Source of the DNA: a virus
Lineage: Duplodnaviria; Caudoviricetes
Reading direction: 5' to 3' (one strand)
Length of the DNA stretch: 42,219 nt
Virus record (IMG/VR): IMGVR_UViG_3300044878_000044
Span: 1 to 42,219 of that record
The position numbers and the translations under genes are program-made. Of the stretch, positions 7,654 through 15,720 are shown one piece after another (positions within the stretch are counted from its first letter, which is position 1; each line of letters begins with the position of its first letter). The notes under the pieces are model-generated. The model saw nothing but the letters and a program-made list of their open reading frames with translations. It searched no databases and was not told where the DNA came from.

Positions 7654-7889
7654 GAAATATCCAAACCCGCGAGGGATACGACCTGTGGGACAAGGTTCAT
7701 GAATTGCCACGCTTCAACTTTTGGCGCGGCGGCGAGGATGAAAAAGGCAGCGTTATCCGGGCGCCGGAAAAGCACGGTAACTGGGTAAACTTCAACGACC
7801 TTACGGACTTGGCCGACCAGTACCAAGACGAGATCAATAGCCTGCGTGAGCGTCTTGCGCGCCTTGAGCCGAAGGCGGTGCATCCATGA
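7650..7889 (+). CDS. Hypothetical protein
   Basis: ATGA overlap at 7650, AAGGTG RBS. Confidence 0.7.
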   Translation: MRNIQTREGYDLWDKVHELPRFNFWRGGEDEKGSVIRAPEKHGNWVNFNDLTDLADQYQDEINSLRERLARLEPKAVHP

Positions 7890-7993
7890 TCGGGCTCGCT
7901 CTCTGGCTGGCAATCCAGCTCCCACTTGGTCATCTGATCGGCCGGGCCATGCGCCAAAAGCGCAAGTTTGACGAGGTGTTCAGGCATGGCTGA
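7886..7993 (+). CDS. 35-aa hydrophobic peptide (not in ORF track)
   Basis: MIGLALWLAIQLPLGHLIGRAMRQKRKFDEVFRHG fills the gap with overlaps on both sides. Confidence 0.5.
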   Translation: MIGLALWLAIQLPLGHLIGRAMRQKRKFDEVFRHG

Positions 7994-8456
7994 AAAGATC
8001 AGCGTCAACTGCCAGGCCAAGCTATCCGAGGCCATCACCGCGCTGAGCTCAATGTTCCGCGACAAGAAGTTCGTCGTCGTGTCGCTTCGCCCGGGCAAGG
8101 ATCGCACCCTGGATCAAAACGCGCTGTGGTTCGCCTTTTACAAGCGCATTGCCGAAATGACGCAGATCGGCGACCCGGCTGACGCCCGGCGCTACTGCAA
8201 ATTGCACCACGGCGTGCAGATCCTGCTCAACGATGACCAGGAGTTCCAGAATTCCTGGTACCGGGTCATGCGCCATCTGCCCTACGAGGAAAAGCTTTCC
8301 ATGATGGGCGATTGCAAGTTGTTCGGGCCGGATGGCTTCCCTGTGACCAGCTTGTTCAATCGCGCCCAGGGCATCGCCTACACCGATCGCATTGTCGCCG
8401 AGTTCACAGCGCAAGGCGTGTTCTTCGGTGATCTGCTGAGCGAGGTGGCTGCATGA
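7986..8456 (+). CDS. ninB: NinB/Orf-like recombination protein
   Basis: RTLDQNALW motif; position before ninG; GAGGTG RBS. Confidence 0.7.
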   Translation: MAEKISVNCQAKLSEAITALSSMFRDKKFVVVSLRPGKDRTLDQNALWFAFYKRIAEMTQIGDPADARRYCKLHHGVQILLNDDQEFQNSWYRVMRHLPYEEKLSMMGDCKLFGPDGFPVTSLFNRAQGIAYTDRIVAEFTAQGVFFGDLLSEVAA

Positions 8457-9037
8457 CGATCGAGCGCAAGCAGCCGCGACCGAAAAAGTGCAAAAACCCA
8501 GCCTGCAAGACCTCGTTCGTCCCGCAGCGACTCGGGCAAGCCGTCTGCAACTACGCCTGCGGCCTGGCCATCAAGGACGTGAACCAGGAGAAGGCGCGCA
8601 AGGCTCTGGCTGATGTAGGGCGCAAGGAGTTGAAAGCCGCCAAGGAGCGCATCAAGCCGAAGGGTCAGTACATGCGTGAGGCGCAGGCCGCTTTCAATGC
8701 CTGGGTGCGCGCCAGGGATGCAGGCCTTCCATGCATATCGTGCGGAACAACGGCGGATATCCAGTATGCAGCCGGGCATTTCAGATCTGCCGGAGGGCAC
8801 CCAGAGCTTAGGTTTGACCCTCTCAATGTCCACCTTCAATGCAATCGCAATTGCAACATGGCCAAGTCTGGAAACCTTGGGCCTTACCGGATCGAGCTGA
8901 TAAAGCGCATCGGGCAGGAAAAGGTCGATTGGCTGGAGGGCCCGCATGAGCCAAAGCGCTACACCATCGAAGACCTGAAGGCCATCAAGGCCCACTACCG
9001 GGCGCTGGCCCGCGAACTGAAGAGAGCGACAGCATGA
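8453..9037 (+). CDS. ninG: NinG/Rap endonuclease
   Basis: AQAAFNAWVRARD, CISCG, AGHFRS, LRFDPLNVHLQC, WLEGPH. Confidence 0.92.
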   Translation: MTIERKQPRPKKCKNPACKTSFVPQRLGQAVCNYACGLAIKDVNQEKARKALADVGRKELKAAKERIKPKGQYMREAQAAFNAWVRARDAGLPCISCGTTADIQYAAGHFRSAGGHPELRFDPLNVHLQCNRNCNMAKSGNLGPYRIELIKRIGQEKVDWLEGPHEPKRYTIEDLKAIKAHYRALARELKRATA

Positions 9038-9297
9038 AGAATATCGACAAGATGCGCGAAGAGTTTGAGGCGTGGCATCGGAGTGTTGTTGCTGGCGATC
9101 CGCCCCATGAAAAATACAACTCCGGGGATTATCGCAATCAGCACGTTCAGCGGTACTGGCTTGGCTGGAGATCGTCCCGTGAGGCGATGGTGATTGAACT
9201 ACCTAAGTTCGACGACTACCCGGCCAGCATGGAGCTCGAAATGCAGGAGTCGCTGAGGGGTGTCATCGAGGCCGCCGGCCTGAAGGTGAGGCCATGA
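9034..9297 (+). CDS. Hypothetical protein (MREEFEAW...W..SRE module)
   Basis: ATGA-coupled ORF; N-terminus resembles that of 40382..40945. Confidence 0.75.
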   Translation: MKNIDKMREEFEAWHRSVVAGDPPHEKYNSGDYRNQHVQRYWLGWRSSREAMVIELPKFDDYPASMELEMQESLRGVIEAAGLKVRP

Positions 9298-9452
9298 ACC
9301 GCCGCCCATCCATGTTTCAGCAGCCAGCGCCATCGCCCTGGTACGTCACCAAAACCAAATGCACCGAGTGCGGCAAGTCTCGCGCCACGGGCAGTCATGC
9401 GAAGTGCAGTCGGGCGCGGCAGATGCGCTTTGCGGGGGAGAACAAGGCATGA
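9294..9452 (+). CDS. 52-aa Cys/His peptide (not in ORF track)
   Basis: MNRRPSMFQQ...CTECGKSRATGSHAKCS...; ATGA overlaps at both ends. Confidence 0.6.
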   Translation: MNRRPSMFQQPAPSPWYVTKTKCTECGKSRATGSHAKCSRARQMRFAGENKA

Positions 9453-10339
9453 GCCTGATCAAGGAGCGGAAAGCCATTGTGTTGGGCGCTCGTTTCAGTC
9501 GGCTTGTAGCCATGCACCAAAGCGAAAGCCGAGGCAAAAAAGCATTTTGGTTTTTTATTTGTGATTGCGGCGAGCGTGTAGAGCGAGCGGCGGGCGACGT
9601 TCTGTCTGGAAGGACCAAGAGTTGCGGCTGTTTGAGGCGTGAAATGTCGGCCAGCAGGAAGCCAGATGATCTATCAGGGGAACGATATGGCCGCCTGAGA
9701 CCAGTCCGGCGACTGGATAAGTCTATGGGGAAATCTCGCTGGATATGCCTTTGTGATTGCGGGAAAACTACCGAGGTTGCCGCTTCAGAGCTTCGCAAGG
9801 GAAGCACGGTAAGTTGCGGCTGCTACCGCGCAGAGCGGGCGTCTATAGGGAACTCCCTGAATATCCAGGGGCAGACGTTTGGCCGGCTGACCGCAATCGA
9901 AAAAACATCTAGCGGATCTTGCGGGGTCACATGGTCTTGCAGGTGTGCGTGCGGGAAGGATCACAAAGCCTTGGCAGCTGACCTATCTGGAGGCCGGGTG
10001 ATTTCATGCGGATGCGCCGTATTAGACAAGCCAGGGCTTATAAATTCAGCATTGAATAGCAGGAAGTTGGCGTCTAATCATTCTCGTCGGGCAAAGGCTC
10101 GCGGGGCTGGCGGAAGTTTCACGGCTCTTCAGGTTTCCGACCTTTTTAAAAAGCAGAGGGGTCGATGCGCCTGCTGCAAGAAGAGAGTAAGAAAATATCA
10201 CCGAGATCATCGCCTGGCTCTAGCCAATGGCGGAGACAACAGCATCCGCAATATTGAGCTTTTGTGTTCCTTGTGCAATTTGAAGAAGGGCGCAAAGGAC
10301 GAAATTATCTGGGCGAATCAAAACGGAAGGCTTCTATGA
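9449..10339 (+). CDS. HNH endonuclease with three Cys-rich repeats (homing-type)
   Basis: 3x GxxF/YxRL...WxxxCxCG...SCGC; C-terminal HRDH...GGDN...NIELLCSLCN; AT-richer than flanks. Confidence 0.85.
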   Translation: MSLIKERKAIVLGARFSRLVAMHQSESRGKKAFWFFICDCGERVERAAGDVLSGRTKSCGCLRREMSASRKPDDLSGERYGRLRPVRRLDKSMGKSRWICLCDCGKTTEVAASELRKGSTVSCGCYRAERASIGNSLNIQGQTFGRLTAIEKTSSGSCGVTWSCRCACGKDHKALAADLSGGRVISCGCAVLDKPGLINSALNSRKLASNHSRRAKARGAGGSFTALQVSDLFKKQRGRCACCKKRVRKYHRDHRLALANGGDNSIRNIELLCSLCNLKKGAKDEIIWANQNGRLL

Positions 10340-11034
10340 CTGGATTAATTAAGCGCTTCGGAATCAACCCCAGCGGTACAGATTATTGTGTTGGGGACAT
10401 TCATGGTCATTTTACCCGACTACAGGCCGCGCTTGATGCCATCGGCTTCGATCCTGCCGTTGACCGTCTGTTCAGTGTTGGCGATCTGGTCGACCGCGGG
10501 CCTGAATGCCGCGACGTGCTGGCCTGGCTGGATAAGCCGTGGTTCAACGCGGTGCGCGGCAACCATGATGATTACGTCGTGCGCTTCGACACTTGCGACG
10601 TGGAAAACTGGATCTACAACGGCGGCTCTTGGTTCGCTGGGCTGAATCGCGACGAGCAGGAAGAGTTTCGCGTCCAGTTCGCCGAGCTGCCGATCGCCAT
10701 CGAGGTCGAGACTGCCGGCGGGCTGGTTGGCCTGGTGCACGCTGACTGCCCGTTCCCGTCCTGGCATGAGCTCCAGTTCGAACTGGAAGGCGCGACGACA
10801 CCGAAACGCCTGAAGCTGGTGCAGAACAGCTGCATGTGGTCGCGCTCCAGAATTGAGCAGGGCGACGTGTCGGGAGTGCTGGATATTCGGGCGCTGGTGG
10901 TTGGGCATACGCCGCTGAGCGAGATCACCGTCCTCGGCAACGTCTACCACATCGACACCGCCGGGTGGGTGCCGGATCGCGGCCACTTCACGCTGCTGAA
11001 CCTGGACACCCTGGAGTCGGCCAAAAATAAGTGA
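10336..11034 (+). CDS. Ser/Thr protein phosphatase (lambda NinI/PphA family)
   Basis: GDIHG, VGDLVDRG, RGNHD, VHA, GHTP, IDT motifs. Confidence 0.93.
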   Translation: MTGLIKRFGINPSGTDYCVGDIHGHFTRLQAALDAIGFDPAVDRLFSVGDLVDRGPECRDVLAWLDKPWFNAVRGNHDDYVVRFDTCDVENWIYNGGSWFAGLNRDEQEEFRVQFAELPIAIEVETAGGLVGLVHADCPFPSWHELQFELEGATTPKRLKLVQNSCMWSRSRIEQGDVSGVLDIRALVVGHTPLSEITVLGNVYHIDTAGWVPDRGHFTLLNLDTLESAKNK

Positions 11035-11052
11035 TGGCATTCTGATTATTAC

Positions 11053-11070
11053 GGTCCCTACAGAGGGACT
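11053..11070. promoter_or_regulatory. 18-bp palindrome copy 3
   Basis: GGTCCCT-ACAG-AGGGACT, intergenic. Confidence 0.7.
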
Positions 11071-11117
11071 GTATCGGATATGATAGCGCGCGTAGGCAAA
11101 CAAACAGGGAGTGACCC

Positions 11118-11399
11118 ATGAAGGCGCACGAATTTCTAGGAAAGGCCCAGGCTCTGATGCTTGAGCGCGGGAAGCATTACGACAAGCCAGAAGGCGAGCG
11201 CAGCATGGGAACTGCCGTGAGCGCCTTCAACACTATCACCGGACAATCGCTGACCGAGGCCGAGGGATGGTTGTTGCTCCAGGTGCTGAAAGACGTGCGC
11301 CAGTGGCAGAACCCGGATAAGTACCACGCCGACTCCGCTGAAGACTGCGTAGCCTATGCTGCACTCAAGGCTGAAGCCCTGGCGGGTGCCGACCAATGA
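11118..11399 (+). CDS. DUF6378-like small helical protein
   Basis: ERGKHYD...ERSM...LLQVLKDVR...DSAEDCVAYAAL pattern. Confidence 0.65.
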   Translation: MKAHEFLGKAQALMLERGKHYDKPEGERSMGTAVSAFNTITGQSLTEAEGWLLLQVLKDVRQWQNPDKYHADSAEDCVAYAALKAEALAGADQ

Positions 11400-12931
11400 G
11401 GGCGAAGGCGACCGACGATCAATTGCGCGAGGCTCTGGCCACCATGACCGTGGCGCAGACCGCCGATCACTTCGGCATGAACGAGCGCACCGTCTGGTCG
11501 CGTAAAGCCAAGCTGACCGGCTTGGAGTCATCGCCGGCACGCCCAGTCGCCCAAGCATCCGCTAAGACCATCGACGCCACCAACTCCAAGACCTTCGTCG
11601 TCACCGCCGCGGTAAACGCCACCAAGGCGCACGCCGGGTTCATGAAGACGCTGCAGCTCTACTGCGCACTGCGCGGGGCTCAGCTGATCGTTATCCCGAT
11701 GCGGTACCGCAACCCGACCAGCCGAAACGAAGACGGCTCGGATGAATGGTGGGATGAGCGCCTTGTCCCGTACCTGACGCATGAGCGCACCCGGATTGCC
11801 AAGAGCCTGGTCGTGCTGGCCGACATCAAGATCCAGCCGACCGCGATCAACCCACTGCAAGGCTGGCTGACCGTTAGCGGTACCGACTCGGCGATCCTGG
11901 GTCACACCAAGATCGCACTGAAGTCCGTCGCATCCAAGATGGGCAGCCCGGCCAAGCTGGTCATGACCACAGGCGCCTGCACCGTCGAGAACTACAGCGA
12001 CACCAACGCCGGGGCCAAAGGCCAGTTTCACCACACGCTCGGCGCCTGCGTGGTCGAGGTCAGCGGTGACCATGCGCACACCCGGCAGATCTGCCCGCTC
12101 AAGGACGGATCGTTTATCGACCTGGCGACCAAGTACACCAGCAAGGGCATCGAGCCTGCGCCACGGGCCGAAGCGCTGACCATGGGCGACATCCATGCCG
12201 AGGTGGCAGAACGACGCGTGCTGAAGGCCACCGCCGAGCTGGCGACCATGCTCAAGCCAAAGACCATTGTTGCGCATGACGTGCTCAACTTCGGATCGGC
12301 TAGCCATCACAGCAAATACTTCGAGAAGTTTGAGCGCCAGATGCGCGGAACTTCCAGCGTACTCAAGGAATTGCAGGCCACCGCCAAGGTGCTGGACGAG
12401 ATCAGCGGCCTGGCCGATCAAGTGGTCATGGTCAACTCGAACCATCACGACCACTTCAAACAGTGGCTGGAGAAGGCCGAGCACGCCAACGACCTGGAAA
12501 ACGCCCTGGTCTACCACGAAACCAAGACCGTCATGCTCCAGGCGATCCACGACGGCGGCTATATCGACCCGTTCCAGCACTGGATGGCCAAGCTGATGCG
12601 CCAAGGCAATCTGCGCTGGCTTAAGCCTGCTGAATCGTTCTCCCGCTTCGGTATCGAGTATTCGTTCCATGGCCACAAGGGGCCGAACGGCGCCAGGGGC
12701 TCAACCAAGGGATTCGCCAACATCGGCGCCAAGATCGTCAAGGGCCACAGTCATGGGGCAGAGATCGTCGACGGCGCCCGCTCGGTCGGCACCACGTCCA
12801 AGATGAACATGGGCTACAACGCCGACTCGCCATCAGGTTGGACCTGGACGCACGACATTACCTACGCCAACGGCAAGCAGACGCTGATCCACTGCATCGG
12901 TGGCTCGTTCTTCCGTAACGATCAGGCGTAG
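11396..12931 (+). CDS. HTH plus calcineurin-like metallophosphoesterase, T5 A1-like
   Basis: N-terminal HTH (VAQTADHFGMNERTVW); MGDIH, HD, SNHHDH, HGHKGPNGARGS, GHSH motifs. Confidence 0.75.
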   Translation: MRAKATDDQLREALATMTVAQTADHFGMNERTVWSRKAKLTGLESSPARPVAQASAKTIDATNSKTFVVTAAVNATKAHAGFMKTLQLYCALRGAQLIVIPMRYRNPTSRNEDGSDEWWDERLVPYLTHERTRIAKSLVVLADIKIQPTAINPLQGWLTVSGTDSAILGHTKIALKSVASKMGSPAKLVMTTGACTVENYSDTNAGAKGQFHHTLGACVVEVSGDHAHTRQICPLKDGSFIDLATKYTSKGIEPAPRAEALTMGDIHAEVAERRVLKATAELATMLKPKTIVAHDVLNFGSASHHSKYFEKFERQMRGTSSVLKELQATAKVLDEISGLADQVVMVNSNHHDHFKQWLEKAEHANDLENALVYHETKTVMLQAIHDGGYIDPFQHWMAKLMRQGNLRWLKPAESFSRFGIEYSFHGHKGPNGARGSTKGFANIGAKIVKGHSHGAEIVDGARSVGTTSKMNMGYNADSPSGWTWTHDITYANGKQTLIHCIGGSFFRNDQA

Positions 12932-12969
12932 CAACTCATGACGAGTGAAGCAACAACCAAGGGGGAAAC

Positions 12970-13509
12970 ATGAACTACATCAACATCGTTACCGCAGTAG
13001 TCCGCGCACTATCGAACGACAACATGGGCGGCGGCATGAGCTTCGAGCCCCGCGTCCAAGATACAAAGCTGAAGGGGGAGATCACCGGCAAGGATGATCA
13101 GCTTCTGCATGACAGCATGATCCGGGCTCGTCTGCATAACGTGCTAGCTCTGGAGCACTGGGAGATCCTGAAAGCCAAGTTCTCGCCGGACCTGAATCAC
13201 AAGCGCGAGGCCATCCGCGCCGTGCGAGCCCGTGTGAAGTCGGCTGCACCTGAGCGGTTCCGTGATGCAGCGGTGCTCACTTGGGCGATGCCAAAGCTGC
13301 CAGGCAAGGATGGGAAGCGGTCGGTCACTACGCTGCCGGAGAAATGGTATTGCATGGACGAATGGTGCGATGAGCCGGTGCATGTCAGAACCCAGCAGCG
13401 CTGGAGGCGGGTAATCACCGAGGGGTTGGAGGCCGAAGTAAACAAGGCGCTGGCAATCGCTCAGGAGGCACTTGAGCCGTTGGGCGTGATAGGTAGCCGG
13501 GCAGCGTGA
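12970..13509 (+). CDS. Putative Q-like late antiterminator
   Basis: Last early gene before the late noncoding region; C-terminal helical RTQQRWRR segment; mainly positional call. Confidence 0.6.
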   Translation: MNYINIVTAVVRALSNDNMGGGMSFEPRVQDTKLKGEITGKDDQLLHDSMIRARLHNVLALEHWEILKAKFSPDLNHKREAIRAVRARVKSAAPERFRDAAVLTWAMPKLPGKDGKRSVTTLPEKWYCMDEWCDEPVHVRTQQRWRRVITEGLEAEVNKALAIAQEALEPLGVIGSRAA

Positions 13510-13575
13510 AAATAATTTCAATGGGTACTATCTTTATTTGTCGCGCTGTCGCATTATTACGTCATCCTGTGGCAA

Positions 13576-13618
13576 TTGCGTTCAGGGTTTGAATATATAT
13601 AGTCCCTAGCAAGAGACC
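13576..13618 (+). promoter_or_regulatory. Sigma70-like promoter overlapped by 18-bp palindrome copy 4
   Basis: TTGCGT(13576)-N16-TATAGT(13598); AGTCCCT-AGCA-AGAGACC 13601-13618. Confidence 0.7.
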
Positions 13619-13978
13619 TGAAGAACAACCAACGCCACCGACGCGGATAAAACAGCCAGCCCGCACCCGCGGAAATCAAGGAAACAGGGCCGTGTCTGTC
13701 CGATCTCACTTGGCGCGCACCTTTAAGCGCGTTAGAGGCAACCCCGTCCGTTCTGCGTGAATGCCGGCTTATGGGGAGAATTCGTCCGGCAACACCCTGC
13801 TTCAAGAAACACTTTAGATCGTCTTTATTGGAATGCCAGCTCGATCGACAGGAAGCTCTCACCCCTGGCGAAATGTTGATTGAGCTGGCACCCCAATGCA
13901 GATGTCTGCAACAGAGCACACCACGCGCTCCCTGTGACACCTCGCCCAGCCCGCCCTAACGGCCCGGGCTTTTTATTT
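13610..13978 (+). ncRNA. Candidate structured noncoding RNA / late leader
   Basis: Bounded by promoter and terminator, no convincing ORF; 17-bp stem 13834-13850/13874-13890 with two G-U pairs. Confidence 0.4.
13948..13978 (+). terminator. Intrinsic terminator
   Basis: AGCCCG...CGGGCT followed by TTTTATTT. Confidence 0.7.
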
Positions 13979-14012
13979 CCTGTGAAAAATAACCCTAAGG
14001 GGATGTTGAATA

Positions 14013-14321
14013 ATGAAGCGAGTATCGATGTATCTGGGGCTGGCATTCGCCGCCTGTATGGCCTGTTTCTCGATGGGCGCAATGGCTGAGCCACTGCGAG
14101 CCGCAAGCTATCACCTGGCCGCCTTGACCGCTCTGCCCGAGCCGCAAGGTGTCGCCATGCAGCGACTGGAACTCACTCTCGCCATGTGGCGAGCGGGTAG
14201 CCAGTCCGATGGCAAAGACCTGAAAAGTAATCTGCGCGCATCCAGCAATCACTTCGTGATGACCTCTGCCAAGCCTGAGCCCGATGGCATCGGCGTTGGT
14301 GCCGGCCTGATGCGCTGCTGA
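14013..14321 (+). CDS. Hypothetical exported protein
   Basis: Signal-peptide-like N-terminus MKRVSMYLGLAFAACMACFSMGAMA; AAGGGG RBS. Confidence 0.7.
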   Translation: MKRVSMYLGLAFAACMACFSMGAMAEPLRAASYHLAALTALPEPQGVAMQRLELTLAMWRAGSQSDGKDLKSNLRASSNHFVMTSAKPEPDGIGVGAGLMRC

Positions 14322-14340
14322 ATACGCCTGATTGAAAGTG

Positions 14341-14370
14341 AAAAAGCCCGTACATGCTGCGGGCTTTTTT
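14341..14370. terminator. Bidirectional intrinsic terminator
   Basis: AAAAAGCCCG...CGGGCTTTTTT. Confidence 0.8.
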
Positions 14371-14515
14371 GTACCTCCGAGGAAAGCCGCTACCCAAGTG
14401 GATGCTTTCCCGGATGTATCAAGTCCACTCCCTTCCGGCTCCCGTGCAGCCTCTAATCGCTTCGGCAAGGCCATGCACGGGAGCCGGATCTAATTCAGCC
14501 CCGAGGGGCCAGAGA

Positions 14516-14845
14516 ATGCGCCCCATGAACGAAAGCCCTGACAACCTATCGCGCCTGCTCGCGTGGCTGAGCATCAATTCACCGATGCTCTACGCCGCCG
14601 CCCTGTCGTGCTGGATCGCCTTCTTGCGCGTGATGTACAACCGCGGCGGATGGCGCCAGTCGATCCTTGAGGCTGCATTGTGCGGCGCGATCACTGCCGG
14701 GGCATTCCCGCTGCTGGAGTACCTGGGCCTGCCGCTGAACCTTGCGGCTGCGCTGGGGGCAATCATCGGCACGCTGGGCGTGAAAAAGATCGTTTCCATG
14801 GCAGAGCAATACGCCGACATCAAATTCCCGACCCGAGGGCAATAA
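14516..14845 (+). CDS. Holin, lambda S-like, with possible dual start
   Basis: Three hydrophobic segments, LEAALCG, IIGTLGVKKI; Met-Arg-Pro-Met start (14516/14525). Confidence 0.85.
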   Translation: MRPMNESPDNLSRLLAWLSINSPMLYAAALSCWIAFLRVMYNRGGWRQSILEAALCGAITAGAFPLLEYLGLPLNLAAALGAIIGTLGVKKIVSMAEQYADIKFPTRGQ

Positions 14846-14846
14846 C

Positions 14847-15041
14847 ATGCAACTGATCGACAACTGGAAACAAGCGCTGAGCATGACCAGCGTTCAGGCG
14901 GGCGGCGCAGTTGCTGCGCTGGGTATCGCTGAGCAGCTGATGCCGCAACTACAGGCCGTCCTCCCACCGATTGCCTATGGTGCGCTCGGCCTTCTGGTGA
15001 TGATCGCTCGCGTGATCGTTCAGAAGAAGCTGATCAAGTAA
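14847..15041 (+). CDS. Small two-TM membrane protein (holin/antiholin-like)
   Basis: MQLIDNWKQA...SVQ...ARVIVQKKL; directly after holin. Confidence 0.7.
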   Translation: MQLIDNWKQALSMTSVQAGGAVAALGIAEQLMPQLQAVLPPIAYGALGLLVMIARVIVQKKLIK

Positions 15042-15043
15042 TC

Positions 15044-15079
15044 CGCGCTACGAAATTGAATTGCGCCAATCGTGGCGCG
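15044..15079. repeat. 36-bp inverted-repeat element, copy 1
   Basis: CGCGCTACG-N18-CGTGGCGCG; copy 2 at 20046. Confidence 0.6.
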
Positions 15080-15095
15080 AACTTTTGAAAGGGGA

Positions 15096-15200
15096 ATGAC
15101 CATGTCAGCGAATACCAATTCATCGAAAGGCGTTTCAACCCTCGGCTGGTCGGCTATCGGCCTGATTGTGCTGGTCCTTGCTGCCTTCAGCTTCGTATGA
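15096..15200 (+). CDS. 34-aa single-TM peptide (not in ORF track)
   Basis: AAGGGG RBS; MTMSANTNSSKGVSTLGWSAIGLIVLVLAAFSFV; ATGA overlap with 15197. Confidence 0.55.
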   Translation: MTMSANTNSSKGVSTLGWSAIGLIVLVLAAFSFV

Positions 15201-15625
15201 CGACCATTGCCTACAAAGACGGCGTGATCGCCTATGACTCACGCGAGACCCTTGGCACAACCATCGTCGATGACGACTGCGACAAGTGCCAGACCCGCGA
15301 CGGGGTTCAGTTCTTCTGTACCGGCTCGACGCCCGACTACGACGCTCTGCTGTCCGCATACTTCGGTGAAGTGTCCGCTGTGGTGATTGAGGCGGGTGGC
15401 ATCGCGCTGGACAAAGGCGTGTTGTGGTTGCTCGGGTACAGCGAGGACACAGGCTTTTGGAAGGACCGACTTAGGCTGGATAACCCTTTCGCCGTAGGCT
15501 CGGGCTCGCTTCACGCCCTCACAGCAATGGACATGGGCGCATCAGCCTATCAAGCCGTAGAGATGGCCATGAAGCGTGATAGCTGCACTGGCGGCCTGAT
15601 CCGCACGCTGACCATCAAGGCATGA
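15197..15625 (+). CDS. Proteasome-beta/HslV-like Ntn hydrolase
   Basis: N-terminal MTTIA...IAYDSR, AVGSG, AMKRDSCTGG motifs. Confidence 0.75.
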   Translation: MTTIAYKDGVIAYDSRETLGTTIVDDDCDKCQTRDGVQFFCTGSTPDYDALLSAYFGEVSAVVIEAGGIALDKGVLWLLGYSEDTGFWKDRLRLDNPFAVGSGSLHALTAMDMGASAYQAVEMAMKRDSCTGGLIRTLTIKA

Positions 15626-15720
15626 CCGTATCCCCTGAGCGCATTCGCTGAGTGCGCTGACGAGATACCAACACCAAACACTGACAACCTGAAAAGGCAC
15701 CAAAGTCTCAAGGAATCCTT

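Noticed and set aside
13538-13568. Late promoter TTGTCG...CATCCT with TGTCGC repeats as a Q-utilisation site
   Set aside because: 19-bp spacer and weak -10; not supportable without TSS data
13557-13959. ORFs in the late leader (13557-13940 minus, 13771-13959 plus)
   Set aside because: No convincing RBS or protein features; region dominated by RNA-like stems
15630-15668. Hairpin AGCGCATTC-GCT-GAGTGCGCT before terS as a pac/cos site
   Set aside because: Hairpin is real but nothing links it to packaging
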